Below are positions 52,331 through 63,580 of a stretch of 64,000 nt of DNA, piece by piece. The notes under the pieces are model-generated. The model saw only the letters and a list, made by a program, of their open reading frames with translations, had not been told where the DNA came from and did not search any database. Origin of the DNA: Eledone cirrhosa (lineage: Eukaryota). Every line of letters starts with the position of its first letter. The stretch's first letter is position 1. Both the position numbers and the translations under genes were made by a program. The stretch covers positions 119,474,001 to 119,538,000 of the forward strand of contig OZ024742.1 of the NCBI GenBank assembly GCA_964016885.1. The letters are read 5' to 3'.

Positions 52331-53796
52331 TAGGAGACCGAATGAATCTCCGCTTCAGAGTTAAGAATAAAGTAAATAAATACAATACAGAGGTAATAGA
52401 AATTAAATAAATGCATACACGCATACAAATACGTACATACACAAGCATACGCGAAAACACTTGCCATAGGTATACAAAACCACGCACATATAAATATGTG
52501 TATGTGTGTGTGCGTGTATACAAATAAATAAATAATTAAATAAACGTATATAAATAAATAAATACGTATATAACAAGCGCACACCCATACCTACATGTAA
52601 ATACACAAATGTTCGGAGACGTACGCCAACCAAAACATGAAGTACACATATACACACACCCTACATACGTACGAACCTGCATACTCACTCAGACGCAAAA
52701 CCCCCGTATACACATAACCAAACCATATGTACCAGAATATATAAAATTATACGCCATAACATATACAATCAAATATACGTACGAGAAAGTATACGTACCT
52801 TAACAAAACATACAGGTAATATATACTTACCTATGCAAATAAGTAATGGTATAAACAAAACATATACTTAGCTACCTATATATATATATATATATATATA
52901 TATACTAACTCCTCCCCTCGTTCTCTCTCGGAGTTCCTCCCCCTTGATGAAGGGCTTATGTCGTACCCACTTATGTCGTACCCACATCCCCCACTCTCAC
53001 TAAGCGTGGACCTAATACCATTTGTAACTTGTACTCCTGCGTTGTTGTTGTTTTTCACTTTCCTATATATATTATAGATGGATACCCGATGTATGTCGGG
53101 ATGTAACCACAGTTAAAAAAAAGTTACTCTAGGCATCTTTATTTTATTGTAGAAACGATTTCTACGGGACTAAAACTGCTTCATTCGTAAGAAATCATCA
53201 GGAAAGTTCGGCAATTTTTGACAGCTTGAGTGTTTATAGTTTCCTTGGAATCAGTGTTGGGAGGGGTGATTAGATATATCTATTTATTGTAGTGTAATTC
53301 GGTAAAGAAGATGCAAAGCTGGGAAAGCACTTTATCCGTGGGACGAGTTGTGGTATATTTATTATATTAACTATGCTGTCATATAGGTACAACTGTTTGG
53401 CTACCTATTTCAGATATTTCTGAGATAGGCCCCAAATCCTCAGACTGTATTGACGCCATTTTGTCATTACAAATAAAAATATATATAAATCTATCTAACT
53501 ATCTATTTATCTATAATGACGTAGCTAGAGTGTGTGCCGCACGGAGTAGCCCTTCAATTTACTGTCCCCGGGCCCTCATAAGAATACATATTATTCTTAA
53601 TATATATGTGTGTATATATATATATATTTATATTTATTAAAATAACAGATTAAAGTTTAAGCAAAGAATCGTTGCTTTCACCCTTAACAGGATCTTCTGA
53701 AACTAACAAAGTCAATCTGTGAACGCAGAAGTGAATATTTCAAAAAACGTTGCAACCGGAGGAAGACAGGAAGACGATACTTTGGTTCGTTATATA

Positions 53797-53984
53797 TATA
53801 ACGAAGGAGTTGTGGTAAGGAACCAGATGGACCATAACGCACCAGAGTACTCAATACTTAAGGTTTGTAGAGTGGGTAATAGGAAAAAGTTTGACCCCGA
53901 CGGCAGAGCTCAAGCCGTTTCGACAGCTATTTCAGAAATAGCCGTCGAAACGGCTTGAGCTCTGCTGTCGGGGTCATACTTTTT

Positions 53985-53988
<4 letters not shown>
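53797..53988. mobile_element. Fold-back element, family F3
   Basis: Hairpin taggaaaaag...gacagctatttc-a-gaaatagccgtc...acttttccta plus tail; in (TA)n. Confidence 0.75.
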
Positions 53989-54040
<52 letters not shown>

Positions 54041-54067
54041 TATATAATTTTATATATATATATATAT

Positions 54068-54107
<40 letters not shown>

Positions 54108-54113
<6 letters not shown>

Positions 54114-54237
54114 GTGAGGTTTTTTTTACAAAATGAAAAATAACCGAGGTGTCCTACACGAGTGGAAGTATAAAGAAAAAGGGATGAAATCGAAAATGCA
54201 ACTGAAGTCAGTTGCATTTTCGATTTCATCCCTTTTT

Positions 54238-54244
<7 letters not shown>
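54108..54244. repeat. Perfect 37-bp-arm hairpin plus ~60-nt tail, in (TA)n
   Basis: 54169-54205 / 54208-54244 perfect inverted repeat with a 2-nt loop. Confidence 0.85.
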
Positions 54245-54282
<38 letters not shown>

Positions 54283-54287
<5 letters not shown>

Positions 54288-54480
54288 CCGTATTTTGACT
54301 AAAGAAATTAAAGAAATTATTTAGTCTGATAGTGGGGTAGTCGTCTTTTTCCATTTCTCCGAGGGTTCTTAACTCCACTATCAGGCTAAATAATTTCTTT
54401 AATTTCTTTAGTCAAAATACGGCGATAGTTTGCATTTCTAATAATTTCAAACCCGCTCGCTGTTTCGAAAATATTCTTAC
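54283..54480. repeat. Fold-back element, ~53-bp arms plus ~50-nt tail, in (TA)n
   Basis: tatcgccgtattttgactaaag...ctgatagtgg / ccactatcag...ctttagtcaaaatacggcgata. Confidence 0.8.
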
Positions 54481-54535
54481 TATATATATATATATATATA
54501 TATATGTAAATATATATATATATATATGTATAAAA

Positions 54536-54569
<34 letters not shown>

Positions 54570-54713
54570 AAAGTTTGAAGAACAGGCAGATAAAATTTAC
54601 CTAATTTTTTCTTCTTTTTCCGGAGAAATTAACTAAATAAATAATCAATTAAACGGAATTAAGTTTAAAATGTTGGTTTGAAGAAATAGTAGATAAATGT
54701 TAACCAATATTCC

Positions 54714-54804
<91 letters not shown>

Positions 54805-54856
54805 AAACTTTTAAAGTTATATGTGTAAATACATATATATATATATATATATATAT

Positions 54857-55007
54857 AAAAAGAGTCAGGACCCCGACGACTGAGCTCCGGCCGTTTCGAA
54901 AGCTAGGGGTCCTGACTCTTTTCCTATTACCCACTTTACTATCCTAAGTATCGAGTAATCTGGTACGTTATGGTCCACCTGGTATCTTACCACACCTTCT
55001 TTGTTAT
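54857..55007 (+). mobile_element. Fold-back element, F3-related
   Basis: aaaagagtcaggacccc / ggggtcctgactctttt arms; tail is the reverse complement of the 53800 tail. Confidence 0.7.
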
Positions 55008-55505
55008 ATATATACTGACCTCTTCCTGTTTCTCTCTTACTGCTTCCCCGCTCTCTCTGTTTCTCTCGCCTTCTTTCGCCCCCTCTGTCAGTTACACTTT
55101 CTCTCGACTGACCTCTTCCTCACACTTCCACTCACTCACTCTCTGTTTCTCCCCTTCTCACTTCCTCCCGTTTGGCTTGTGTGGGTCTCTTCTTGCTCAC
55201 ATCTCACACACATCAACACGGTCTGTACATCTCTCGCTCATGAAATCCACCCAGCTTATGCTGACCGGACAACCATGTTGCTTATTTATTTTCCTATCTT
55301 CAGTTTGCTTTTATCCTTCTATGTTGTTTACTTGTCCCCCTCGCCTTACGCGAATTCTGGTCCCAATAACTTTTTTTAGTTATTGCTGGGGTATCTGATT
55401 TTTAATGCGATGAAATACCAATGATGGTTGGAAAATCACTGACGAAGGACTATTTTTATCATATGTAACCCATGTGCAAACCACGCAGTATTCTTCTTTC
55501 TTCTC

Positions 55506-55542
<37 letters not shown>

Positions 55543-55737
55543 CGTTTCTGAATTTGTTTAGCAAGATTCTTTATCTGAAAACGTGTGTTGAAACCGATGT
55601 TGTTATGCTTTGGGAGGGTCATGTTGCCAATAATAAACACACGCACCAGTTGTTTCACTCCAATTTATTATAAATTAAATGTATAAATTTAAGAATTTAT
55701 AAATTTTCGGTTGGTTGGTTGGTTCCATAACCGGACG

Positions 55738-55780
55738 GTCAAAGTTCTTTCGTCACACATTCTGTGACCTCTTCAGTGAC
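55738..55780 (-). ncRNA. Minimal hammerhead (PLE pLTR)
   Basis: GUCA CUGAAGA G GUCACA-gaaug-UGUGAC GAAA GAAC UU UGAC. Confidence 0.65.
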
Positions 55781-55989
55781 TGGAGATTATTTTCTTTGTT
55801 TTCTGCCTCTCCTTTGTTCTGTCCTACGCCATCTTGTTTTTGTGTGTGCTTAGTTTGCGCATGTGTTACACCCGGGTGTCTGTGTGTGTTTTGAATTGTT
55901 TATTTATTTGTTTATTTACATGTTACACAAAAACAAGATGGCGTAGGACAGAACAAAGGAGAGGCACAAAACAAAGAAAAGAATCCCCA

Positions 55990-56032
55990 GTCACTGAAGA
56001 GGTCACAGAATGTGTGACGAAAGAACTTTGAC
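55990..56032 (+). ncRNA. Minimal hammerhead (PLE pLTR)
   Basis: Same motif on the opposite arm. Confidence 0.65.
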
Positions 56033-56180
56033 AATATATGAACAACCGTCCGGTTATGGAACCAACCAACCAACCGGAAATTTATAAATTCTTAAATTTA
56101 TAAATTTAATTTATAATAAATTGGAGTGAAATCAACTGGTGCGTGTGTTTCTTATTGGCAACATGATCCTCCCAAAGCAT

Positions 56181-56214
<34 letters not shown>

Positions 56215-56218
<4 letters not shown>

Positions 56219-56437
56219 TAGCAAAACACTGCTGGGTTATATCCTCAGTAGTAGAGCAGTCAGTCCATGGCACGAGTTTGGTAGCAGTAGTTCCACAACA
56301 GTTAGTACTCCATTTCCGAGGACAATTTGTCTCAAACGGATCATCAGCTCGGTTTAATTTAACTCATTTAAACCGAGCTGATGATCCACTAAGGAGAAAC
56401 AAATTGTTCTCAGAATTGTGGAACTACTAACTGTTGT

Positions 56438-56440
<3 letters not shown>
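56215..56440. mobile_element. Fold-back element with a divergent pair of hammerheads (family F6)
   Basis: Arms ccacaacagttagta...tcatcagctcggttta / taaaccgagctgatga...tactaactgttgtgg; ~75-nt tail; (TA)n flanks. Confidence 0.75.
56373..56413 (+). ncRNA. Type-I hammerhead
   Basis: CCGAG CUGAUGA UCC-acuaa-GGA GAAA CAAAUUG UU CUCAG; the opposite arm (56316-56352, minus) has GUC and a perfect CCGAG/CUCGG stem I but a damaged stem II/GAAA. Confidence 0.7.
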
Positions 56441-56471
<31 letters not shown>

Positions 56472-56476
<5 letters not shown>

Positions 56477-57042
56477 GTAAGTATGTATGTATACGTACAT
56501 ACATATATGTATACAGGCGTACAGTAGCATGTATATATATACATACAGGCACACATACATATATGCACGTATCAGTTTACCGAACATTTATTATAATGCT
56601 CGGTTTGTTCGTTTGTAAACAAACAAACAGCCTGAATTACGCCGTACAGTGTTTAGGCAACCACGTCACCTTTTTGTTCAACACTGACACAGAAACGATG
56701 TACTAGTTACAAGCTTATTAGCTATCGTCAGCACCGTATACCTTTCTGCCAGATGGTTGAAACTAGTACATCGTTCCTGTGTCAGTGTTGAACAAAAAGG
56801 TGACGTGGTTGCCTAAACACTGTACGGCGTAATTCAGGCTGTTTGTTTGTTTACAAACGAACAAACCGAGCATTATAATAAATGTTCGGTAAACTGATAC
56901 GTGCATATATGTATGTGTGCCTGTATGTATATACATGCTACTGTACGTCTGTATACATATATGTATGTACGTATACATACATACTTACATTTAAGTAAGT
57001 GCCGTACTAAGAGTGAGAAATGAAATTTCGTTTCATTCTATT

Positions 57043-57046
<4 letters not shown>
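56472..57046. mobile_element. Fold-back element family F2 with hammerhead at the centre
   Basis: Arms ~56472-56708 / 56761-56993, ~52-nt tail, (TA)n flanks. Confidence 0.8.
56696..56736 (-). ncRNA. Minimal type-I hammerhead with palindromic stem III (GAAA to GUAA in this copy)
   Basis: CGGUG CUGACGA U AGCU-aaua-AGCU U GUAA CUAG UA CAUCG; intact GAAACUAGUACAUCG at 56759-56773 (+) and ~58479-58493 (-). Confidence 0.7.
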
Positions 57047-57091
<45 letters not shown>

Positions 57092-57243
57092 ACTTTTCTA
57101 AAAAAAATAAATCATACACAAAACGCCAGCATCAAGAGTTTTCCATGAGATGTCAACATGAATGGACCTGTTATTTTTATCTAAAGACATTTTCTCCAAT
57201 TCCAACCCACCCGTCCCTTCAATCTATCCTATTTCTCATTCTT

Positions 57244-57279
57244 TCTTCTGATGAAAGACTAGCGTCCGAAACGTTAAGA
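57244..57279 (+). ncRNA. Minimal type-I hammerhead in an unclassified PLE-type fragment
   Basis: UCUU CUGAUGA AAGAC-uagc-GUCC GAAA CG UU AAGA; stem I UCUU/AAGA, palindromic AACGUU. Confidence 0.65.
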
Positions 57280-57353
57280 CCCTCTTCCTGCTATTTCAAG
57301 CGTTAACCATTCCTTCCGTATACTGTACCGATTGTGTTGTTATTCCTGTTTAC

Positions 57354-57418
<65 letters not shown>

Positions 57419-57419
57419 C

Positions 57420-57911
57420 AAAAGTATATATTGAGTTAGAAACTCAGAATAGTCCCTTACAATTAAAATAGCTCAATGAAAAAATTTTCCGAGCCGTATA
57501 ATATAATTCAATATAATAAAGAGAGATAAACACAGATATATATATATATGTGTATTCAGATAATAAGAGACCAGATTCGCTAGGGTGAATAAGATACTAA
57601 CTATGAACTATACAGTTTGCTAGACTCACTTAAAAGAATAAATTAAGAAAAAGTTCAAACCAAATCGTGATAATTATCAAACATCCAGTAAAACTGTTTC
57701 GCATCAAGTGAAGGGAATTACCAATTCTATTGCTTTTATTGATGTAGAAATTATTAGACCTTTCACTTCTAGGTTTCCTAGAAGACTAAATGAAGTGCTT
57801 AGTGTGTCTGGTTAAACGTATGTTACTAAAAAAATCTGGTCCCTTATGATTTGAACACATATATGTATATATCTGCGTTTATCTCTATTTATTATATTAA
57901 ATTATATTATA
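57420..57911. repeat. Old degenerate fold-back element
   Basis: Diverged inverted arms ~57498-57580 / 57833-57911 plus an ~80-nt tail. Confidence 0.55.
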
Positions 57912-57998
57912 AGGGTCGATAAAATAAAGTACCAGTAATGTACTGGGATAACTGCTGGCCTTGTGCCAAAAAGTAGAAACAATTATATTATATATATA

Positions 57999-58192
57999 TG
58001 CGGTGGATTGGCAGTATCGGTAGAGGGTCGGACGCCATGCTTTGACGTATAGAGAGTTATGGCCCTTGCCATTCTGAGTTCAAATCCCACCGAGGTTAAC
58101 TTTGCCTTTCATCCTTACGGGGGTCGATAAAATAAAGTACCAGTAATGTACTGAGTAATTGCTGGCCTTGTGCCAATAGTAGAAACAATTAT
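57999..58192 (+). mobile_element. SINE (same family as 12989), preceded by a partial copy at 57912-57987
   Basis: Consensus match. Confidence 0.85.
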
Positions 58193-58201
58193 ATATATAT
58201 A

Positions 58202-58645
58202 TAGGAAAAAAATGAAACGAGATTTCATTTCTCACTCTTAGTACGGCTGTTACTTAAATATAAGTATGTATACGTACATACATATATGTATACAGACGTA
58301 CAGTAGTATGTATATATATACATACATGCACACATATATATATATATATATATATGCACGTATGGATTTACCGAACATTTATTATAATGCTCGGTTTGTT
58401 TGTAAACAAACATCCCGAATTAAGCCGTACAGTGTTTAGCAACCATCGTTGCCCTTTTGTTGAACACTGACAAAGGAACGATGTACTAGTTTCAACGATG
58501 TACTTGTTTACAAACAAACCGAGCATTATAATAAATGTTCGGTAAATCCATACGTGCATATATATATATATGTGTGCATGTATGTATATATATACATACT
58601 ACTGTACGTCTGTATACATATATGTATGTACGTATACATTCTTAT
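58202..58645. mobile_element. Fold-back element family F2
   Basis: Tail 58202-58255; arms ~58262-58410 / 58505-58640. Confidence 0.8.
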
Positions 58646-58875
58646 ATATATATATATATATTAATCTCCCCTAAGGTTGAGATAACATTTTGGTCGTTTG
58701 AACTGCTGCTATTTCTAGTGGCAGGACATTGACCTATCCGCCCTTGCCTTCTGTCTTTACACGCGGCACTAGACAAAGTTGGTTCCTTCCTCATTCACTC
58801 TCATCCGGGATCAGTTTTGTATGGCGCCAGTTTGTGATTTGAACTCGGGAATTTTATATTCTCCGAGCGAGAAGA

Positions 58876-58959
58876 ACCTTCTGACGAGAATCCCCTTCTC
58901 AATGATGATCTGCCTGGATTATCCATTTATTTTGGGATTTGAAACCGTGCGGTAAAGGT
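58876..58959 (+). ncRNA. Type-I hammerhead ribozyme, canonical core, long loop II
   Basis: ACCUU CUGACGA GAAUCCC-39 nt-GGGAUUU GAAA CCG-ug-CGG UA AAGGU; predicted cleavage after 58954. Confidence 0.8.
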
Positions 58960-59028
58960 ACATACATTAAGTACAGCAAACTTTTAAACATTTTAATTTA
59001 AAACTTTTTCTCTATTTGCTAAACCTTG

Positions 59029-59171
<143 letters not shown>

Positions 59172-59674
59172 ATATAAACTAGTCTGTGTACAATTACAAT
59201 ATTATGCTGCAGCATTAAAAGAACGCTTATAAACTACAGCAGACCCAAGACATTATTATTTTATAAACATTCAATAATAAATGAAACCAGTTCTTGGTAC
59301 CTATATAACATGGTTGGCGCTGTCATTAAAAAAAATCCTGTAGCTTAGCTTGAAAGCAATAGACTACTTGGGATGAGATATGAGCTACTAACCAATCATT
59401 TGGCAGTCCAACACCTTATCAACATGGCTAACTGCAATGAGAGATGCAGATATGAAAATGAAAAATTTATTTAGTGAAATTGTTAAAGCATTTCAATTAT
59501 ATAATGCATTTAGAGGAAAGATATAATCAATGAAATACAATATTACAATATTCAACACAATAGACCAGGAGAACCATTTAAAAGATGATTGTAAAAGGAA
59601 AATATCTGATGTCGTGCATATTTAATGGAAAAGGGAGGGTTTCTTTGTAGAACATTTCCTGAAATAAAAGAGGC

Positions 59675-59725
<51 letters not shown>

Positions 59726-60007
59726 GTTGATAAATAAAATACTGACAATTTCAGAGCAAAATTGATTGTCTGAAAAATATTAACACGTTGGTGAAAATGA
59801 TCAAATCGATAATAATTTGAGATTATAAATTAAAATGGAAATGAGTAATTTTATTTCTTGAAATAAGTATTGGAATACTAAGAATACTTATTAAGCACCT
59901 CATGTTCAGTTTGTAGAGAATGAGTAAGGCATCGAACAAATTAACACAAAGCTTTTAGATAAGACAATTAACAGTATTGGAAACACACTTACATACTTAC
60001 ACACAAC

Positions 60008-60155
60008 AGGCATGCCTGTGTGGTTAACGACTTCGCTTCGCAACCACGTGGTTCTGGATTCAGTTCCACTGCGTCACCCGTTAATCGAGAATCTTCCACT
60101 ATCGCTTTGCGAGTAGAATATGGTAGACGGAATTTGCATAAACCTGCCGTTTATA
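60008..60155 (+). mobile_element. tRNA-headed SINE fragment (third family)
   Basis: ggcatgcctgtgtggttaacgacttcgcttcgcaaccacgtggttctggattcagttccactgcg...tggtagacggaa. Confidence 0.55.
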
Positions 60156-60166
60156 CACACACATAT

Positions 60167-60246
<80 letters not shown>

Positions 60247-60250
60247 TAAT

Positions 60251-60347
<97 letters not shown>

Positions 60348-60630
60348 ATGGCTGCCCCCTCGTTATCGAGTATGGCCATTGCACGATATACCATAATTAT
60401 TAATTAATTCTATCGTGCAATGCCTGTGCGCGAAGATGTTTTTTAAAGTGAGGAAAGACTGTGCACTGAGCCAACCCCACTCTCTGAGCGACAGTAGCTA
60501 TAAACCGAAAAGAAGAAAAGATCAACATCATCGGTAACTACTCAGCCGCAGGTTTTATATCGGAGTTATCCCAGTTTCCTGAGTTGCCTTCTCCTAGAAG
60601 AATGCCCTGAGAAAGACATATATATACACA

Positions 60631-60858
60631 CATTTGTGCCCCGGTATTCGCGGGGGTTAAGGAAATACGGTATATTGTTATTAATAATTTAGCGTTAAAA
60701 AATATATATATTGCCACGAAAAAAAGCCATTAAAAAATCGCGGAAGAAGATATTTACGATTCCGCGAATATGCGGTGGTTTCCACGAACAGTTATTAGTT
60801 ATGGTCTAAGGAAAATTCCGCGAATAACCGGGGCCGCGAATGTCGGGGGGGGGGTACA

Positions 60859-60861
<3 letters not shown>
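60631..60861. mobile_element. Tigger/pogo-like MITE
   Basis: Degenerate TIRs ca.ttgtgccccggtattcgcgg / ccgcgaatgtcggg..gggtacactg + TA; repeated ccgcgaat subterminal motif. Confidence 0.6.
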
Positions 60862-60901
<40 letters not shown>

Positions 60902-61297
60902 GAAACACACAGATACATGCGGACACACACATATATACATGAATGCATCCGCACCCAACTGTGAGTTAAGGGTGCCAACTTCACCGATGTTGCTCAATGA
61001 ATGACTGGGACAGACCAATTCAGTTTGAACCAGACTGAACCAGTATCAGAGTTAAAAATACATTATGAAGAGAGAAGAAACATTTAGATATAATTAGTAA
61101 TAAAATGTATCACTTCACTACCTCTTCTACGGCCTCGATATGAATACCCCCTCCGCCTCCGTGGTATTTTCTTCGTGGTTATAAGAGGCTTAGCTCTGTT
61201 TCTCGACCGTTATATCGCGTGACTGTCTCCCCCTCCGCCTGTTGGGATTCTTTCTCACGTCGTGTAGACGCGTTCTTGAGACTAGTAAAATGAGGTA

Positions 61298-61385
61298 TCC
61301 TCTTGATAAGTCGGCAGACCTCGCAAGGACTCTATATCTTTGATATATTGTTTTTGTTTATGCCACGAAACTACGTAGTCGAGGA
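61298..61385 (+). ncRNA. Type-I hammerhead, U3-A8 core variant
   Basis: UCCUC UUGAUAA GUcGGCA-loop-UGCCAC GAAA CUACGUAG UC GAGGA; predicted cleavage after 61380. Confidence 0.72.
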
Positions 61386-61888
61386 ATTTAGGAACAGTTT
61401 AGGTATGATACATTTTATTACTAATTATATCTAAATGTTTCTTCTCTCTTCATAATGTATTTTTAACTCTGATACTGGTTCAGTCTGGTTCAAACTGAAT
61501 TGGTCTGTCCCAGTCATTCATTGAGCAACATCGGTGAAGTTGGCACCCTTAACTCACAGTTGGGTGCGGATGCATTCATGTATATATGTGTGTGTCCGCA
61601 TGTATCTGTGTGTTTCTAAATATATTAATAACTCCCTCTGGTCGAGCAATCTTTGAAGTGTGGGGACAACTGGAAAGCTTCCATTACTCATACTTCTCGC
61701 CTTCTTCACTACCTCTTCTACGGCCTCGATATGAATACCCCCTCCGCCTCCGTGGTATTTTCTTCGTGGTTATAAGAGGCTTAGCTCTGTTTCTCGACCG
61801 TTATATCGCGTGACTGTCTCCCCCTCCGCCTGTTGGGATTCTTTCTCACGTCGTGTAGACGCGTTCTTGAGACTAGTAAAATGAGGTA

Positions 61889-61976
61889 TCCTCTTGATAA
61901 GTCGGCAGACCTCGCAAGGACTCTATATCTTTGATATATTGTTTTTGTTTATGCCACGAAACTACGTAGTCGAGGA
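61889..61976 (+). ncRNA. Second identical U3-A8 hammerhead
   Basis: Identical copy 591 bp downstream; predicted cleavage after 61971. Confidence 0.72.
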
Positions 61977-62048
61977 ATTTAGGAACAGTTTAGGTATGAT
62001 ACATTTTATTACTAATTATATCTAAATGTTTCTTCTCTCTTCATAATG

Positions 62049-62081
<33 letters not shown>

Positions 62082-62094
62082 ATATATTATATAT

Positions 62095-62900
62095 CAGTGT
62101 GGTCCTCAGCAAGACAGCACAACCAGACGTAGTCCAGGAATTGGAGTCGGATGTCCGACACAACAGACGACATCAAGCGCAGGTCAACCTTCGGGCAAAC
62201 TTTCTTGAACCAACACCGTCACGCCTCGCAATCAAACAGCGGCGTGTGGCTCAATTCAATTCCCTCCACATCAACCGGTACTTTTCTTGATGAGTTCACT
62301 CGCATCGGAGTGACCCAGAGCTTCGACATCCGCGTGGATCGTTGTGGGGCGGTGTGCACTCATTATCCTGCTGTCATGGCGTAGGTCAATTCCATCGACA
62401 CGCCGTTCTGAACCACATAATCAGAAAATCCCTCAACGCGGTAGGCTTCCCATCACAACTGGAGTCAGCTGGCCTCGGCTGTGGTGATGGTAAGCACCCA
62501 GACGAGATGACTCTTCCCATTCGAGGGAGGTGAATCCCTAATATGGGATGCCATGTGCCACCACTCGTCCTCAGCCTCCATTCTTGTCGCCTCGGTCGCA
62601 AACCCGGGGACCACTGTCGATAACAAAATACCGGGGCTTGAACGATCGCTTCGTTTTTGCGCTGATCGCGGTCGAGATCTCTGGTGTCCTCGGTCCACGA
62701 ACTGCTGATTTCCTCCGCAAAATCGGAAAGACAACAGCCTGCCTTAGGAAGGATCCCCGTGTGGTGGGGTGGCTGTTGCCGTGGGTATGGCCTGCGACTC
62801 TCCGCAGCAATATCTTCGCCATTTTATCCGTGGGCGCAGCTGAAACACCGCGCAGATTAGGGTGTAGAATCTGTCCCCCCCCCCTTCCCTTTCTTTAGTT
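62095..62900 (+). mobile_element. CRE-clade LINE C-terminal fragment
   Basis: SGVWLNSIPSTSTGTFLD; HSLSC...RHAVLNHIIR.SL..VGFPSQLE.AGL..GDGKHPD.MT; F..IAVEISGVLGP. Confidence 0.8.
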
Positions 62901-63580
62901 GCTTAATTTCTTTTTCGTTTCCTTATTGCTAGATATATTGTACACTTTTTACCACAGTTTCCTCTTTAGTTTAGTAGCATTTTGGCGTTGTCATTAATTA
63001 CAGTTATGGGATTACTACTTGAGAGCCCATGATGACAAAATTAAGCTGATTTTATCGTAAGAAGTAACATATACGAGCTTGCAAAAATTGCAAGCTTGTA
63101 TATGTTACCTCTTGCTCTGAAAATGGTAATGTTGGTGGTTTTGCATTATAATTTATGAGTTCCTAAAGTTGATTATTAAATTTTATTTTTTGTTTGAGTA
63201 AGTTACTGTTACATGAATCATTATAACAGAAACGATTTTGAATACCTTTAAATAAATATGTAATCGATATCTTTATAATGTTTATATTAATTCCTTTTAA
63301 AAGATTAACAAAGAAGATGTCTTCTAGGGTGGGAAGGAAGGTCTCTCTCTTCTACGTTTACACCCTTTAATCTGCAGAGTGTTACACCTCTAGAGAAGTC
63401 CTGAGTGATTTCCAGTTATGTAGATCAGCACGTTTAAGCACTAGGGACAGAATTATATTACACCGGAGGACTAGGAAATGATATATACTTCGTTTCTGCT
63501 TCTACGGGATGAATCCAATGTGTTTTGTGAATTTCTCTGTCACCTATGTTTTTATTGCTCCATTATTAATGACTATCAAT

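Larger units (their letters stand above)
55541..56187. mobile_element. Non-coding inverted pLTR pair from the 8417-12090 PLE family
   Basis: Homologous to 11700-12090; arms ~55600-55845 / 55925-56187; tail 55541-55599; (TA)n flanks. Confidence 0.88.
60893..62051 (+). mobile_element. Retrozyme-like / PLE pLTR tandem: 591-bp period, two hammerheads, 220-bp inverted 5' arm, in (TA)n
   Basis: Direct repeat 61113-61460 = 61704-62051; inverted 60893-61112 / 61406-61625; no RT-like ORF. Confidence 0.8.

Noticed and set aside
52935-52990. ttgatgaagggcttatgtc hammerhead start
   Set aside because: Truncated before GAAA by a small duplication; cannot be folded.
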